From: the human T2T-CHM13v2.0 reference genome, Homo sapiens
DNA: 64,000 nucleotides
Strand: one strand, 5' to 3'
NCBI RefSeq assembly: GCF_009914755.1
Contig: NC_060947.1
The notes under the pieces are model-generated. The model had not been told where the DNA came from and searched no databases. It saw nothing but the letters and a program-made list of their open reading frames with translations. This document shows, piece after piece, positions 61,801 to 64,000 of this stretch. How positions within the stretch are numbered: position 1 is the stretch's first letter; each line of letters starts with the position of its first letter. Both the position numbers and the translations under genes were made by a program.

Positions 61801-62887
61801 TTGAAAGGGCCCCTAGACCAACCTGTGTATGTCGCCCATTTCACATTCTCTAAACTTCAATTCCCTTTACTGAGCATGGCCAATCTTAGTGCTCAAAGGC
61901 ACAGAAAAGAATAAAAGCTTGCTCTGCCTTTTAAGGAGTTCACGTGAGCCCCAACAGTTGTAATCCACAGCCTCTTTTCCCAAGGAGATGCCAAACGATC
62001 TGGGGAGACAGACACATAAACAAGTTACCCAAACACTGGAGCAGATGAAAGAAGTCCATCATGGAAACACACACCACTTACTGTGAGAGCACCCAAACTC
62101 CACGGCTCATATAATCTACAGAGAAAATGTTCCCCTAAGTGAACAACCACCCAAAGAGAGCAAAGTAAACAACTTTAATTACAAAACAGAAACTGTCAGG
62201 CATCTGTTAGGTTCAAGGGGCCTTTCCAATGGATAAACAGTTATAAAATCATGGGTTCATATATGTAGTTATCCAACTCAAGAGACCAAGAGACTGAGGA
62301 TGATACCATCCTGCCAACCTTCAGTTCAACAACTCAGAGTGAAAATAATAATAATAAAATTAAAAATCGGCTTTAAGAGGTAAAGCATGCTAAGAGAAAT
62401 AAGGCAGACACAACAGGATAAATATCCTATGATTCCATTTGTATGAGGTTCTCAGAGTACTCGAATTCATAGAGAAGGAAATTAGAATGATGGTTGTGGA
62501 ATGGGGGGAATCAATTAATAATTACATTGATTTTCTTTACAAGAGTCCCTATAAGTAGGCATATTGAGATCCTTAGGCCTCTAGAGACACAGAGTCAAAT
62601 GTTTCACACTTTTAAATTATTTATGCTTATAATATCCACCTTTAGGGATTTCTTGCAAAAAAAAAAAAAAGTCTTATCCTGCAAAAAGGTTATTTCTACA
62701 GTCAAATTCATAAAAACCGAAAGTAGACTGGTGGTTGCCGGGGGCTGAGGGAGGGGGAAATGAGAAGTTGTTATTTCATGAGTATGGAGTTTTAGTTTGG
62801 TAAGATGAAAAAGTTCCGGAGATCTGTTGCACAACAATGTGAATATACTTAACACTACTTAACTATACACTCAAAAATAGCTCTCAC

Positions 62888-63296
62888 GCTGGGCGCGGTG
62901 GCTCACCAGTTGCATTTCCAACAACGTCTCAGGTGATCTGAGGCTGCAGGGTCCATAAACCACACTTTGAGTAGCAAGAGTCTAACCAACTAAATTGTGA
63001 ATACTGAAGCTCAGTAATCCCAGCACTTTGGGAGGCCCAGGTGAGTGGATCACTTGAGGTCAGGAGTTTGAGACCAGCCTGGCCAATGTGGTGAAACCCC
63101 ATCTCTACTAAAAATACAAAAATTAGCCTGGCATGGTGGTGTGTGCCTGTAATCCCAACTACTCGGGAGGCTGAGGCAGGAGAAAGAATTGCTTGAACCC
63201 AGGAGGCAGAGGTTGCAGTGAGCCAAGATCGCACCACTGCACTCCAGCCTGGGTGACAGAATGAGACTCCATCAAAAAAAAAAAAAAAAAAAAAAA
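62888..63296 (+). mobile_element. AluS interrupted by a 107-bp insert (62907-63013)
   Basis: gctgggcgcggtggctcac | insert | gtaatcccagcactttggg. Confidence 0.93.
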
Positions 63297-63324
63297 GGCT
63301 TTCATGGTAAATTTTTAATTTTTA

Positions 63325-63405
63325 AATTATTTATTTATTTATTCTTAGAGACAGGGTCTCACTCTGTCACCCAGGCTGGGCTGCAATGATGTGATCATAG
63401 CTCTC
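63325..63405 (-). mobile_element. AluJ 3' fragment
   Basis: gagacagggtctcactctgtcacccaggctgg...gatcatagctc. Confidence 0.8.
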
Positions 63406-63887
63406 AGTGGTAAATTTTATGTTTTGTGTGTGTGTGTATGGTGTGATTTTTTTACCACAATAAAAAATAAAAATGTTACTTTTATAATAAAAGAAAAGCT
63501 GTTTATTAGAAAGAAGTAATAGTCATAAAACACTAACTTTCTTCAACATATTTCAATGATATTTCTTCAAATTAAATTTCCAAACAGACAACTGTAATAA
63601 AAATTTTGAACCAGGGTGTTTTTGTTGGTGAGGAAAAGTTTTAGAGTTGTCGATCAGATGATATCCCAGGAAGACATAAGGCAATCTAATCAACTGTGCT
63701 TATTTCTCCTATTTTATACAACTTAAGTGACATGGAGGCACCTGCTCATTTCACCTTCCACACTGAGAACACTGCTCTCAGCTCATGTCCAGTAATCTCC
63801 TTCTTCCCGTCATTCTCTCACTCTAGCACTGAGCACTAATCAACTCTCATAATATGTGATCAGGTTATGTATGGTACAGATTCCCTA

Positions 63888-64000
63888 GTTAAGAGTATCA
63901 GAATATGCCATCCCAAAATATGCTACTTTGGCATAAGGATTATTTTGAGCTGAGAGCAATTGAGAAGCAGTAGATGCAGGAAGAACTCTCTGCCTTCCCC
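63888..64000 (+). mobile_element. MER34-family LTR start, runs off the window
   Basis: cagaatatgccatcccaaaatatgc..ctttggcataaggattattttgagctg. Confidence 0.8.

Larger units (their letters stand above)
62380..63473 (+). mobile_element. L1MB/MA-like 3' fragments (62380-62510, 62700-62882, 63408-63473)
   Basis: tatgattcca, aaattcata, ggtggttgccggggg, agatgaaaaagtt, ggtaaattttatg...accacaataaaaa. Confidence 0.78.

Overview
Primate (human-like) non-coding genomic DNA dominated by interspersed repeats: about 29 Alu/FLAM copies (many with clear TSDs), ERV solo LTRs (MER41, two MER4-group, MER21C-, LTR47- and MER34-like), MaLR MLT1 LTRs, L1 3' fragments, L2/MIR relics, hAT MER DNA transposons and microsatellites. 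All family calls are from recalled consensus sequences, not a database search. No supplied ORF looks like a real gene. The window probably lies inside a long intron transcribed from the minus strand: every ERV LTR called is on +, and there is a 27-nt minus-strand micro-exon candidate at 7043-7069. I cannot name the host gene. The most unusual signals are copies of non-transposon sequence: a 75-bp inverted repeat whose three mismatches all become G-U pairs in a minus-strand RNA, a 23-bp locally templated patch inside a chimeric Alu, an ancient MER5 fragment inside a younger Alu, a 25-bp exact dispersed repeat and a 98-bp-period tandem duplication. I see no convincing novel multi-gene system.
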